64,000 bases of DNA from an uncultured Actinomycetes bacterium. GTDB taxonomy: Bacteria > Actinomycetota > UBA4738 > HRBIN12. The position numbers and the translations under genes were made by a program. Below, in pieces: positions 48,751 to 57,195 of this stretch (positions are counted from its first letter, which is position 1; each line of letters starts with the position of its first letter). Location of the stretch: contig CAWCPZ010000010.1 of NCBI GenBank assembly GCA_963797635.1, positions 204,909 through 268,908 on the forward strand. The letters are read 5' to 3'. Below the pieces are notes generated by a model. That model saw only the letters and a program-made list of their open reading frames with translations. It was not told where the DNA came from and did no database searches.

Positions 48751-49344
48751 TCAGCCCGAGATGGTGTAGGTCAGGTGGGTGGCGGTCGAGGAGACCCGCA
48801 CCGACTGCTGCACCAGCTCATGACGGCGGGCACCCTCGAACAGCGGCGTGCCGCCGCCGAGCACGATCGGCGAGAGATGGAGATGGAGTTCGTCCACGAA
48901 GCCGCCGTCGACGCACTGTCGAACGACGTCGGCGCCGCCCATGACGACCACGTCTTTGTCCCCCGCGGCGGCGCGGGCGTGCTCGAGCGCGGTCTCGAGC
49001 CCGTCGGTCTCGAACGAGAACCGCATGTCGAGCCGCACGTCAGCGGGAGCGGAGTGCGTCACGACGAAGAAGGGGGGCGTTGCCGCGAGGTTCGCGCCGT
49101 ATCCCATCTCATCGTTCCAACCGTGCGGTCCGTCCACGATGTCGAACAGGCGCCGGCCCATCACGACGGCGCCGGATGCTTCCGTGGCGTTCTTGAGTTC
49201 CTGGACATCGACCTCGTCGTCGCTGTCGATCGCCCAGGTGTGGAGCGGCTCTCCTCCGTGCCCCAGGCCGTGTGCGAGATCGGGCTCGGGGCCGGTCACG
49301 AACCCGTCGAGGGACATCGAGATATCGGCGATCACGTTGGTCAT
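48751..49344 (-). CDS. dihydrofolate reductase family protein (RibD C-terminal domain)
   Basis: Start at ATG 49344 (MTNVIADISMSLDGFVTGPEP...VVMGRRLFD...VVMGGADVVRQCVDGGFVDELHLHLSPIVLGGG...). Confidence 0.75.
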   Translation of the reverse strand: MTNVIADISMSLDGFVTGPEPDLAHGLGHGGEPLHTWAIDSDDEVDVQELKNATEASGAVVMGRRLFDIVDGPHGWNDEMGYGANLAATPPFFVVTHSAPADVRLDMRFSFETDGLETALEHARAAAGDKDVVVMGGADVVRQCVDGGFVDELHLHLSPIVLGGGTPLFEGARRHELVQQSVRVSSTATHLTYTISG

Positions 49345-49444
49345 GGGTGGCGCTCCTTCCAACACGCGGTCCGCGCGTGCTTGCGACCTCGTACCCAGGC
49401 GGCGCGCCGTCGAAGCATCGGGCCCTAGACTTCGTGACGTGGCG

Positions 49445-49987
49445 ATGCAGGAGCCGACACTGCGGGTGGCCACGGTCGATGACCTGGCCGCGATGGAGAT
49501 CCTGATGAAGGACTCGATCCGCGATCTGTTCCCCGCGGTGTACACGGCCGAGCAGACGCGATCGAGCGCCGAGTTCATCGGCGTCCCCGATCGGATGCTG
49601 GTCGAGGACGGCACGTTCTTCGTGATCGAGGCCGACGGTGAGCTGGTCGCATGCGGGGGATGGAGCCGGCGCGACAAGCTCTACACCGGTTCGGGCGAAA
49701 CAGCGACCGATGCACGGCTCCTGGATCCGGCGACCGAGCCCGCCCGCGTGCGGGCGATGTTCGTGCGGTCGGACTGGACCCGTCGCGGACTCGGCACGAT
49801 GATCCTCGAAGCGTCGGAGGCCGCGGCGGCGGCCGAAGGGTTCCGCTCGCTCTCGCTGATGGCGACCGAACCCGGGATCCCGCTCTACCAGCGGTACGGG
49901 TTCACGGTCGTCGACCGGGCACAGGTGCCGATGCCGGACGGATGCTCGATCACCTGCACCGCGATGGAGAAGCCGGTAGCCACCTGA
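49445..49987 (+). CDS. GNAT family N-acetyltransferase
   Basis: Start at ATG 49445 (MQEPTLRVATVDDLAAMEIL...MFVRSDWTRRGLGTMILEASEAAAAAEGF). Confidence 0.7.
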   Translation: MQEPTLRVATVDDLAAMEILMKDSIRDLFPAVYTAEQTRSSAEFIGVPDRMLVEDGTFFVIEADGELVACGGWSRRDKLYTGSGETATDARLLDPATEPARVRAMFVRSDWTRRGLGTMILEASEAAAAAEGFRSLSLMATEPGIPLYQRYGFTVVDRAQVPMPDGCSITCTAMEKPVAT

Positions 49988-50028
49988 CAGCCTCGGCGGT
50001 CGGCATCGATGTGCGAACCTTGCTTCTC

Positions 50029-50601
50029 ATGGGGATCACGCAGTACTACACGGCAACCACGATCGATGGCTACATCGCCGACGAGCACAACTCGTTGAGC
50101 TGGCTCTTCGAGGTGCCGGCGGGCGACGACGAGGTGGGGCATGAGGTGCGGTTCGCCGCGTTCATGGCCGACGTCGGGGCGATCGTGATGGGCTCGACCA
50201 CCTTCGAGTGGGTCGTCGAGCACGAACAGCTCCTCGAGCACCCGGAGAAGTGGCGTGCGTTCTACGGCGACACCCCGACCTGGGTGTTCACGCATCGCGA
50301 CCTCCCGAGCTTCGAGGGTGCGGACATCCGGTTCGTGCAGGGCGACGTTCGACCGATCCATGCGGCGATGGTCGAGGCGGCCGGCGACAAGAACATCTGG
50401 ATCGTCGGCGGTGGGGAACTCGTGGGGCAGTTCGCCGATGCGGGATTGCTCGACGAGATCCAGCTGAGCATCGCGCCGGTGACGCTGGGTGCAGGCGCGC
50501 CGCTCCTACCGAGACGCCTGCTCGCGTCCGACCTCACGCTGGTGAACCTGGAACGGCAGGGGCAGTTCGTGTCCGCGACCTACCGGGTCGGGAGCGCGTA
50601 G
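50029..50601 (+). CDS. dihydrofolate reductase family protein (RibD C-terminal domain)
   Basis: Start at ATG 50029 (MGITQYYTATTIDGYIADEHNSLSWL...IVMGSTTFEW...IWIVGGGELVGQFADAGLLDEIQLSIAPVTLGAG). Confidence 0.75.
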   Translation: MGITQYYTATTIDGYIADEHNSLSWLFEVPAGDDEVGHEVRFAAFMADVGAIVMGSTTFEWVVEHEQLLEHPEKWRAFYGDTPTWVFTHRDLPSFEGADIRFVQGDVRPIHAAMVEAAGDKNIWIVGGGELVGQFADAGLLDEIQLSIAPVTLGAGAPLLPRRLLASDLTLVNLERQGQFVSATYRVGSA

Positions 50602-50602
50602 G

Positions 50603-51034
50603 TCACTCGGCGCCGAAGCGACCGCGGGCATCCTCCGGGATCAATGGCTTGTCGGCGCGCACCCGCAACTCCTGCACGGCCCACGTGTTGCCGTCGGGGT
50701 CGGCGAAGCCGAAGAACGTGCCGCCGTCGTCCGGGCTGAACTGCATGATCTCGCTCGCCTCCACGCCGCGGTCGAGCAGTTCCTGCCGAGCGGCCTGTGC
50801 ATCGGGCACGACGAGCTGCAGCCCTTTCATCGAACCGGGCTCCATCTCGCGTTGCGGCGGCAGGTCGCCGAACACGATCGAACAGCCCGAGCCGTTCGGC
50901 GTGAGTTGCACCACGTGCATCTGCTCGTTCTTCGTGTCGTGGTCGAGGTGGAAGCCCACCTTGTCGCGGTAGAACGCGATCGATGCGTCGATGTCGCTGA
51001 CGGGAAGCACGACGACTTCAAGTGTCCAGTCCAT
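50603..51034 (-). CDS. VOC family protein (paralog of 42379..42888)
   Basis: Starts MDWTLEVVVLPVSDIDASIAFYRDKVGFHLDHD... Confidence 0.7.
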   Translation of the reverse strand: MDWTLEVVVLPVSDIDASIAFYRDKVGFHLDHDTKNEQMHVVQLTPNGSGCSIVFGDLPPQREMEPGSMKGLQLVVPDAQAARQELLDRGVEASEIMQFSPDDGGTFFGFADPDGNTWAVQELRVRADKPLIPEDARGRFGAE

Positions 51035-51062
51035 GGGTCTCCTTCATCGATGGTCGCTCGTG

Positions 51063-51830
51063 CTACCGAGCGTACGTCACGCGGCTGGTTGTCGCTGCCC
51101 GGTATCCCAGGTACACGGTGCCGTTGCGGAAGCGACGCTCGTCCAGCAGCTCGAGGTCCAGCCGAACGTCGTCGGGGAGCCAAGGGTTGCCACCGCCCAC
51201 GATCACGGGGGCGACGAGGATCCGGAACTCGTCGACCAACCCGGCGCGGATCGGGTAGCGCCTGATTCACCGAGCTTGTGGCTTCCCGGTACCCCAGGTG
51301 CACCGTGCCGTTGCGGAAGCGACGCTCGTCCAGCAACTCGAGGTCCAGCCGGACGTCATCGGGGAAGCCAAGGGGTGCCACCGCCCACGATCACGGGCGC
51401 GAGAGGCACCGGTAGCGTCCACTAACCCTGCGCGGATGGCGTGGGCAGCGAGGCCGGGGCCACCGATGCCGATGTCCGCGCCGGACGATGCCTTCATCTC
51501 CCGGATGGCGGCGGGATCGAACACGGACTCGAGACGCGTTCGCTCGCTGCGAACCTCCGTGAGCGTCGTGGAGAACACCACCTTGTCCGCCGCGCGCCAG
51601 ATCTGCTGGTAGTCCCGCAGGTACGGCGCCTCGGCGGCCAGGTCCATCGTCTCCCAGGCCACCATCACCTCGTACATGCGTCGCCCGTACAGGTAGGTCC
51701 CGACCGGTCGTTCGAGATCGTTGACGAAGGTGTGCACCTCATCGTCGGGCTCGGCCCAGTCGAAGTTCCCGTCGCGGTCGGCGATGTAGCCGTCGAGCGA
51801 GGCGAGCACCGAGTAGATCAGGTCAGCCAT
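51063..51830 (-). pseudogene. dihydrofolate reductase family (RibD C-terminal domain) gene interrupted by a degenerate tandem copy of its own 3' end
   Basis: The body (MADLIYSVLASLDGYIADRDGNFDW...IGIGGPGLAAHA) runs to about 51440 and then reads through a decayed copy of the C-terminal segment to a stop at 51267. An intact, in-frame copy of the C-terminus (IRAGLVDEFRILVAPVIVGGGNPWLPDDVRLDLELLDERRFRNGTVYLGYRAATTSRVTYAR*) follows at 51063..51260. Confidence 0.55.
51092..51440. repeat. imperfect tandem direct repeat (2 x about 170 bp, roughly 90% identity over the first 115 bp) covering the 3' coding end of the DHFR-family gene
   Basis: Copy 1 starts near 51092 with ccggtatcccaggtacacggtgccgttgcggaagcgacgctcgtccagcagctcgaggtccagccgaacgtcgtcgggga.... 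Copy 2 starts near 51277 with ccggtaccccaggtgcaccgtgccgttgcggaagcgacgctcgtccagcaactcgaggtccagccggacgtcatcgggga.... Copy 2 carries indels that break the frame. Confidence 0.6.
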
Positions 51831-51841
51831 GGATGAGGGTC

Positions 51842-52306
51842 CTACGAGTGTGGGTCCGGGGCCCACCCCGTGCGCTCGACCGACCACGTGAGCTCGCCGG
51901 TCGTGCACGTGCCGCCGCCCTGTGCGTAGCTCATCTCCAGCGTTCCTTCGCCGTGGCGCCACCGCAGGGTGCCGGCCACCAGGTCGCCGCTCTCGGTGAT
52001 CGCGAACGAGCGGTCGTGGTCCAGCCGGCGTCCGGGATAGGCCAGCCAGGAGATGCCGATCTCATCACCGCCGCCTTCGTCGCACGTGAACGCCAGCCGC
52101 TCGAAACCGAGCTTGCGCAAGAAGAGCCGTCCGTTGTCCCGCCGCAGGACGCTCGCGACGACGGTGTCGCCGGTCGAGAGTTCGCCGCGGTACTTGATGA
52201 TCCTGGCGGCGGACGCGGTCGCCGGCAGCGCGATCAGCACCAGCAACGCCGCGGCGATGCCGACCGTGGCGCGTCGTGCGAACGTGCGGTCAGTCTTGCG
52301 CTGCAT
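51842..52306 (-). CDS. hypothetical secreted protein
   Basis: Start at ATG 52306 (MQRKTDRTFARRATVGIAAALLVLIALPATASAARIIKYRGEL...), which has a signal peptide. About 130-aa mature domain with conserved Cys residues. Lies immediately upstream of the DHFR-family gene on the same strand. Confidence 0.5.
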   Translation of the reverse strand: MQRKTDRTFARRATVGIAAALLVLIALPATASAARIIKYRGELSTGDTVVASVLRRDNGRLFLRKLGFERLAFTCDEGGGDEIGISWLAYPGRRLDHDRSFAITESGDLVAGTLRWRHGEGTLEMSYAQGGGTCTTGELTWSVERTGWAPDPHS

Positions 52307-52778
52307 CAGACGAGGGTACCCCCGCCGGTGCCGGGAACGGGTCTTTGAACGTGAACGCTGTCGGCGACGGACCGTGCTGCCGGAGGTGCTCGAGCCGTTC
52401 CTCGGCCTCCGCGAGGGTTGGCGTGGTGCCTGCCGGGATCCACCACAACGCGCTGATGAGTTGCGGCATCGACTCGAACCATTCCTTGCGCCGTCGCAGC
52501 ACATCGGCGTGACCGCTCCGGAAGACGAAATGGCGCAGCGCCTCGAGTGAGCTCCAGACCGACATGTTGACGATCAGCCGGTCATCGCCGAACGCGCGGA
52601 TGCCGGTGGCGTCGCCGTCCTCGGTCTGCAGTCGCCACACGAAGCCCGGCGCGGCGTCGGCGAGCGCATTGACCGGTTCCAAGCGTTCGACGAACCCCGC
52701 CAGCTGTTCGGAATCCAGCGGCGCCTGCGGAAGGGCGATGTTCACCTGCGCCAGGTGATAGCCGTCGGTCCCGCCCAT
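52290..52778 (-). CDS. DUF3291 domain-containing protein
   Basis: Starts MGGTDGYHLAQVNIALPQAPLDSEQLAGFVERLEPVNALADAAPGFVWRLQ..., the typical DUF3291 N-terminal motif. Confidence 0.65.
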   Translation of the reverse strand: MGGTDGYHLAQVNIALPQAPLDSEQLAGFVERLEPVNALADAAPGFVWRLQTEDGDATGIRAFGDDRLIVNMSVWSSLEALRHFVFRSGHADVLRRRKEWFESMPQLISALWWIPAGTTPTLAEAEERLEHLRQHGPSPTAFTFKDPFPAPAGVPSSDAAQD

Positions 52779-52805
52779 CGCGCGAACCTAGCATCCGGAT
52801 CAGCG

Positions 52806-53789
52806 TCAGACGCGGCGGTGGCGGATCCACCACACGGTGGCCGCCGCCACGGCGATCGCCATCGCGAGGAAGATCGCCGTCTCGATCGCCTGGAAGGTCC
52901 AGAAGCGATCCGCGGGGTGGAACAGCTCCAGGTTGTAAGCGCCGCGTCCCACGTCGGCGAAGCATGCGGCATCGGCCGGCGGACAGATGCGCTGTCCGCC
53001 CATGGCCCGTTCACCGTTGGCGCGGAAGACCGCACCCACGCCGGGACCGCCGCCACCGTAGAGCCAGTCGCCGAGCAGGCGGTTCGGCGCGCGTTCGGTC
53101 ACGACCGGATACGTGCGCTCGAGGTGCTCCATGAACCGGGGGCGCAGGTAGACCGCGATGCCGAACCGCACCAGCACGAACCCGAGGATGGTGAGGGCCA
53201 TCGCCTTCACGGTCTTCGCCGTGACCGCTCCGATGAACGCGGCCAGCAGGGCCGCGAACACGGCGTATCCCACCGGGACCAGCCCCTGCTGGTCGTAGAT
53301 CAGCCACTGGAACCGATCGCCGGTCGCGGCGTTCAGCGGGCCGTACCACCAGGTGGCCAGCGCGGCGACGATGCCCACGGAGCAGGCGGTCACGAGCGCC
53401 ACGAACCCCAGCTGCGTCCACGCCCAGCGTCGCCGTGACACACCTTGGGTCCAGACCAACGAGACCGTGTCGTCGGCGAGTTCGCGCGCGATCGCGGGCG
53501 CTCCCCAGAACACACCGATCACCAGCGGCACGAAGGTGAAGGCGGTCAATCCCAACAGCCGCATCGGGAAGAACCGTGCCGCGAACGCCTGCGCCTCGTC
53601 CTGGCAACCGCCCGACACCGGCACGAACCTGGCGCCGTCCAGGTTCGCGATGCAGGCGGCCAGCCCATCGGCGTGGAACGTGTTCGCCATCGACCGCCCG
53701 GTGATGAACAGCACGGCCGCCGCGGCGACCAGCGCGGCAGCGGTGGCGAGGATCGCTCCCCGACGCTGACGCCATGCCAGCCAGATCAC
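52806..53789 (-). CDS. ABC transporter permease (ABC-2 type with a large extracytoplasmic loop)
   Basis: GTG start at 53789 overlaps the ATPase stop (GTGA). 327 aa. N-terminal TM (ILATAAALVAAAAVLFI), a loop of about 60 aa, then 5 more TM helices. Confidence 0.65.
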   Translation of the reverse strand: MIWLAWRQRRGAILATAAALVAAAAVLFITGRSMANTFHADGLAACIANLDGARFVPVSGGCQDEAQAFAARFFPMRLLGLTAFTFVPLVIGVFWGAPAIARELADDTVSLVWTQGVSRRRWAWTQLGFVALVTACSVGIVAALATWWYGPLNAATGDRFQWLIYDQQGLVPVGYAVFAALLAAFIGAVTAKTVKAMALTILGFVLVRFGIAVYLRPRFMEHLERTYPVVTERAPNRLLGDWLYGGGGPGVGAVFRANGERAMGGQRICPPADAACFADVGRGAYNLELFHPADRFWTFQAIETAIFLAMAIAVAAATVWWIRHRRV

Positions 53790-54670
53790 GTCGAGTCCTC
53801 CGGGCCGGGGAGCGTGCCCGCGTCGGGCGCGCCGAGGTAGGCGAGCACGAGGTCCTCGAGCGAGATCGGGTGCGTCTCCCATCCCGGCGAGCGCATCGGT
53901 CCGTCCATCCGCACCGTCAACGAACGCTGTCGTTCGGTTCGCTGCGAGGTGACGACGGTGACGCCGTCGGGAGCCGGTCCGTCCGCCGGTCCGATGAACA
54001 CGGCGTGCGAGGCCAGCAGATCGTCGACGTCGCCGAGCACCTGTACCCGCGAGTCGGACAGGATCACCAGGTAGTCGCAGCGATGTTCCAGATCGGCGAT
54101 CACGTGTGAGGAGAGCAGCACCGTCAGTTCGCTCGCGGCGACCTCGCCCATGAGCTCGGCCAGGAAGGTCCGCCGGGCCAGCGGATCGAAGCTCGCCACC
54201 GGTTCGTCGAGCACCAACAGTTCCGGTCGTTTCGCGAGCGCCATCGTCAGGGAGACCTGCGCGCGTTGCCCGCCGGAGAGCTCGCCGGTCCGACGCTCGA
54301 GCGGGATCGAGAGCTTCGCGAGACGTTCGGAGGCCGACGTCGGGTCCCACCGGTCGCCGTTCAGCCGGCGGCCCAACTCGAGATGATCGGCGACGGTCAG
54401 GTCGCGATACAGCGGCGTCTCCTGCGCGACGAACCCGACGCGAGCGAGCGACTCGGCGTCGTCGCGCGGCGCCTGGCCGAACACCGAGACCGAGCCTCGC
54501 GTCGGGCGGCGCAGTCCCACGGCCAGCCGCATCAGGGTCGTCTTGCCGGCGCCGTTCGGGCCTACGACCGCGGCAACCCGTCCGCGAGGGACCGAGAGCG
54601 TGCAGTCGCGGAGCGCCCACGTGCGGCCATAGCGTTTCGCGAGGCCGGTGGTCTCGAGCGCGACGCTCAC
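53786..54670 (-). CDS. ABC transporter ATP-binding protein
   Basis: GTG start at 54670 overlaps the GntR stop. Walker A (GPNGAGKTTLMRL), signature (LSGGQRAQVSL) and Walker B (LLVLDEPVASFD) motifs. Confidence 0.85.
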   Translation of the reverse strand: MSVALETTGLAKRYGRTWALRDCTLSVPRGRVAAVVGPNGAGKTTLMRLAVGLRRPTRGSVSVFGQAPRDDAESLARVGFVAQETPLYRDLTVADHLELGRRLNGDRWDPTSASERLAKLSIPLERRTGELSGGQRAQVSLTMALAKRPELLVLDEPVASFDPLARRTFLAELMGEVAASELTVLLSSHVIADLEHRCDYLVILSDSRVQVLGDVDDLLASHAVFIGPADGPAPDGVTVVTSQRTERQRSLTVRMDGPMRSPGWETHPISLEDLVLAYLGAPDAGTLPGPEDST

Positions 54671-55059
54671 GCGACGCCCTCCTGCTCGAACGCATGCAGC
54701 GTCGTGCCGAACAGCGCCTCGATGTCCTCGGGCTCGAGGCCGGCATCGCGGGCCTTCTGCAACCAGGCGTGCAACGAGCGACGCAGCGCGGCGTGGCTCG
54801 CGAGCGAGGGACCGGCGAGGGACCGCACGACGAACGTCCCCTGCCCGGGCCGTCCTTCGACCAGCCCTTCGTGTTCGAGCTGTCGGTAGGCCTTCAGCAC
54901 CGTGTTGGGATTGATCGCCACCGACTCGGCCACTTCTCGCACGGTGGGGAGTTGGTCTCCGGGTTCCAGCAGCCCTGTCCGGAGTGCCTGCCGGACCTGA
55001 TCCACGAGCTGCAGGTAAGGCACGACGTTGGAACGACCATCGAGCCGGAAACCGATCAT
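54667..55059 (-). CDS. GntR family transcriptional regulator (short YtrA-like subfamily)
   Basis: 130 aa. HTH region PGDQLPTVREVAESVAINPNTVLKAYRQLEHEGLV. First gene of the GntR–ABC ATPase–permease operon. Confidence 0.8.
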   Translation of the reverse strand: MIGFRLDGRSNVVPYLQLVDQVRQALRTGLLEPGDQLPTVREVAESVAINPNTVLKAYRQLEHEGLVEGRPGQGTFVVRSLAGPSLASHAALRRSLHAWLQKARDAGLEPEDIEALFGTTLHAFEQEGVA

Positions 55060-55154
55060 GGGAGCTCCTCACCTCTATTGTCCTAGCATCATAGGACATT
55101 CGTGCAAAGCGAGAGGTTCGATCGCCGCCGCATCACCGTCCACGTCGCATACGC

Positions 55155-56162
55155 GTGGAACCGATCGCGAGTTCGGAACGTAGTCACCCCGTGCACCGCC
55201 GCCGCGTGATCTCGTGCTGCCTGGGAACGATCCTGGTGGCCGCGGCCTGCACGAGTGCGACCGACCGCGATGGTGCGCCGTCGGCCGCCGGGGTCGTCCA
55301 GCCGTCGCCGAGCGAGAGCGTCGATGACGGCTGCTCCATGCCGGACGAGCTCCGGCCGCCCCCGCCGACGAACGCGCTGCGCGGGCGCATCGCCTACGGG
55401 CAGGGCACCAGCGAAGTGATGATCCTGGACCTGGCCACCGGCAGGACCACGCAGATCACGTCCAGAGAGGGGAGCAAGGGCTGGGACTTCGACCCGTCGT
55501 TCTCACCGGACGGTCGCACGATCACCTACCGCTCGGAGTATCCCGACGATGCCGAGATCCGTACGGTCGACCTCGACACCGGTGAGGATCGAGCCCTCAC
55601 CGACAACCTCGATGAGGATTGGTCGCCGGCCTACTCACCCGACGGACGGACGATCGCGTACGCGACGGATCGTGGCGGTTCCACGACGCACATCGCGGTG
55701 ATGCCGGCGGGCGGAGGTGAGACGACGGTCCTCGCGCGCAGCGTGCAGGGCGAATACCCGACCTGGTCCCCCGACGGCGAGCAGATCGCCTTCGCATCAC
55801 AGGTGGGGTCCGGCTACGAGATCTTCGTGGTGCCCGCGGACGGGAGTGGCACGCCGGAGCGCCTCACCGAGGACTCGGCACACAACTTCCTGCCCGCGTG
55901 GTCACCGGATGGCTCCACGATCGTCTTCCAGTCGAACCGTTGCGCGAAGGGCGAGCGGACGGACCTCTACGCGATGGATGCCGACGGATCGAACCTGCGC
56001 CGGCTCACGAAGGGGTTCGCCGAGCAGCCGACCTGGTCGCCCGACGGACGATGGCTCGCCTTCAACTCCTTCGACGGTCTCGCCGTCATGGACGCCCGAG
56101 GCGGCGAGGCGCGCTCGCTCGGCCTCGGCACCGGCACCCTCCCCGATTGGATCGATCCGTAG
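55155..56162 (+). CDS. TolB-like PD40 beta-propeller repeat lipoprotein
   Basis: Lipoprotein-like signal (ISCCLGTILVAAACTSA) and five repeats of the ...SPDG..IAF.S.R.G..EI... PD40 motif. Confidence 0.7.
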   Translation: MEPIASSERSHPVHRRRVISCCLGTILVAAACTSATDRDGAPSAAGVVQPSPSESVDDGCSMPDELRPPPPTNALRGRIAYGQGTSEVMILDLATGRTTQITSREGSKGWDFDPSFSPDGRTITYRSEYPDDAEIRTVDLDTGEDRALTDNLDEDWSPAYSPDGRTIAYATDRGGSTTHIAVMPAGGGETTVLARSVQGEYPTWSPDGEQIAFASQVGSGYEIFVVPADGSGTPERLTEDSAHNFLPAWSPDGSTIVFQSNRCAKGERTDLYAMDADGSNLRRLTKGFAEQPTWSPDGRWLAFNSFDGLAVMDARGGEARSLGLGTGTLPDWIDP

Positions 56163-56265
56163 CACGTCATGGCCGCATTGCGCCGCCGCGCACCGGCGAC
56201 CTAGACTCGCCCGCACGTCGGCCCGGTGGCCGGGTCGCATGCAGCCCGACGGAGGGAGCGCGCCG

Positions 56266-57138
56266 ATGCGGAAGTTCTCAGCGGTGGTCGTGGCCGCGAC
56301 CCTGCTCATCTCGATGCTCCAGGGCGCGATGCCGGCAGCGCACGCGGGCGGCGGCGCACCCACCTACTACCTCGCGCTCGGTGACTCCCTCGCCGCGGGC
56401 TTCCAACCCGGCAAGGGCGAGACGCCCGGCTACGTCGGGATGCTGTGGCGAAGCGTCCGCAAGGACCAGATCTCCTCGCTCGAACTTCGCAACGTCGGGT
56501 GTTCCGGCGAGACGAGTGGCTCCCTGATCACCGGCAACCACTCGCCGTGTCACTACGCGGCGGGCTCACAGCTGAACGCGGCGGTGGACTTCCTGGAAGC
56601 GCATGTCGGGGAGGTCGCGTTCGTCACGATCGACATCGGCGCGAACGACATCGTGAGTCGGTGCTTCGGTCCCAGCGGTCTGATCCCCACGTCCTGTGCC
56701 ACCGATCTGCGTCCCGGGCTCAAGCACCGCGTGCGTGCCATCGTGGATGCCCTGGCCGCCGCGGCGCCCGGCGTGCCGATCGTCGGGATGACGTACTACG
56801 ACCCGTTCCTCGGCCTCTGGGGTCTGATCCCCGGCGGTCGCGCGCTGGCACATGCTGATCAGCGCGCGTGGACGGTGTTCAACGATGCGCTCACGAGTGC
56901 CTACGGGCACGCCGGCGCGACCGTCGCCGATGTGGCGACGACGTTCCGGATCGACGACTTCGACCACACCGTGGTGGTGCCGGGTCGCGGCCGGGTACCG
57001 GTGAACGTCGCGCTCGCTTGCCGATGGACGTGGTTCTGCTCGGCCAGGCATACGTTCGACGTGCACGCGAACCGAACCGGCTACCGCAAGATCGCGACCA
57101 CGTTCCACCGGGTCCTGAAGCCGCTGCTCCCGACCTAG
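56266..57138 (+). CDS. SGNH/GDSL hydrolase family protein (secreted)
   Basis: Start at ATG 56266 with a signal peptide (MRKFSAVVVAATLLISMLQGAMPAAHA). GDS motif (YLALGDSLAAG), block III (GAND), and a C-terminal DxxH region. Confidence 0.7.
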   Translation: MRKFSAVVVAATLLISMLQGAMPAAHAGGGAPTYYLALGDSLAAGFQPGKGETPGYVGMLWRSVRKDQISSLELRNVGCSGETSGSLITGNHSPCHYAAGSQLNAAVDFLEAHVGEVAFVTIDIGANDIVSRCFGPSGLIPTSCATDLRPGLKHRVRAIVDALAAAAPGVPIVGMTYYDPFLGLWGLIPGGRALAHADQRAWTVFNDALTSAYGHAGATVADVATTFRIDDFDHTVVVPGRGRVPVNVALACRWTWFCSARHTFDVHANRTGYRKIATTFHRVLKPLLPT

Positions 57139-57195
57139 GCCCGATCCGGAGCAGCAGGCCGTTTCACGAAGCCGCGCTTCGGGGAAGTCAGGGCC

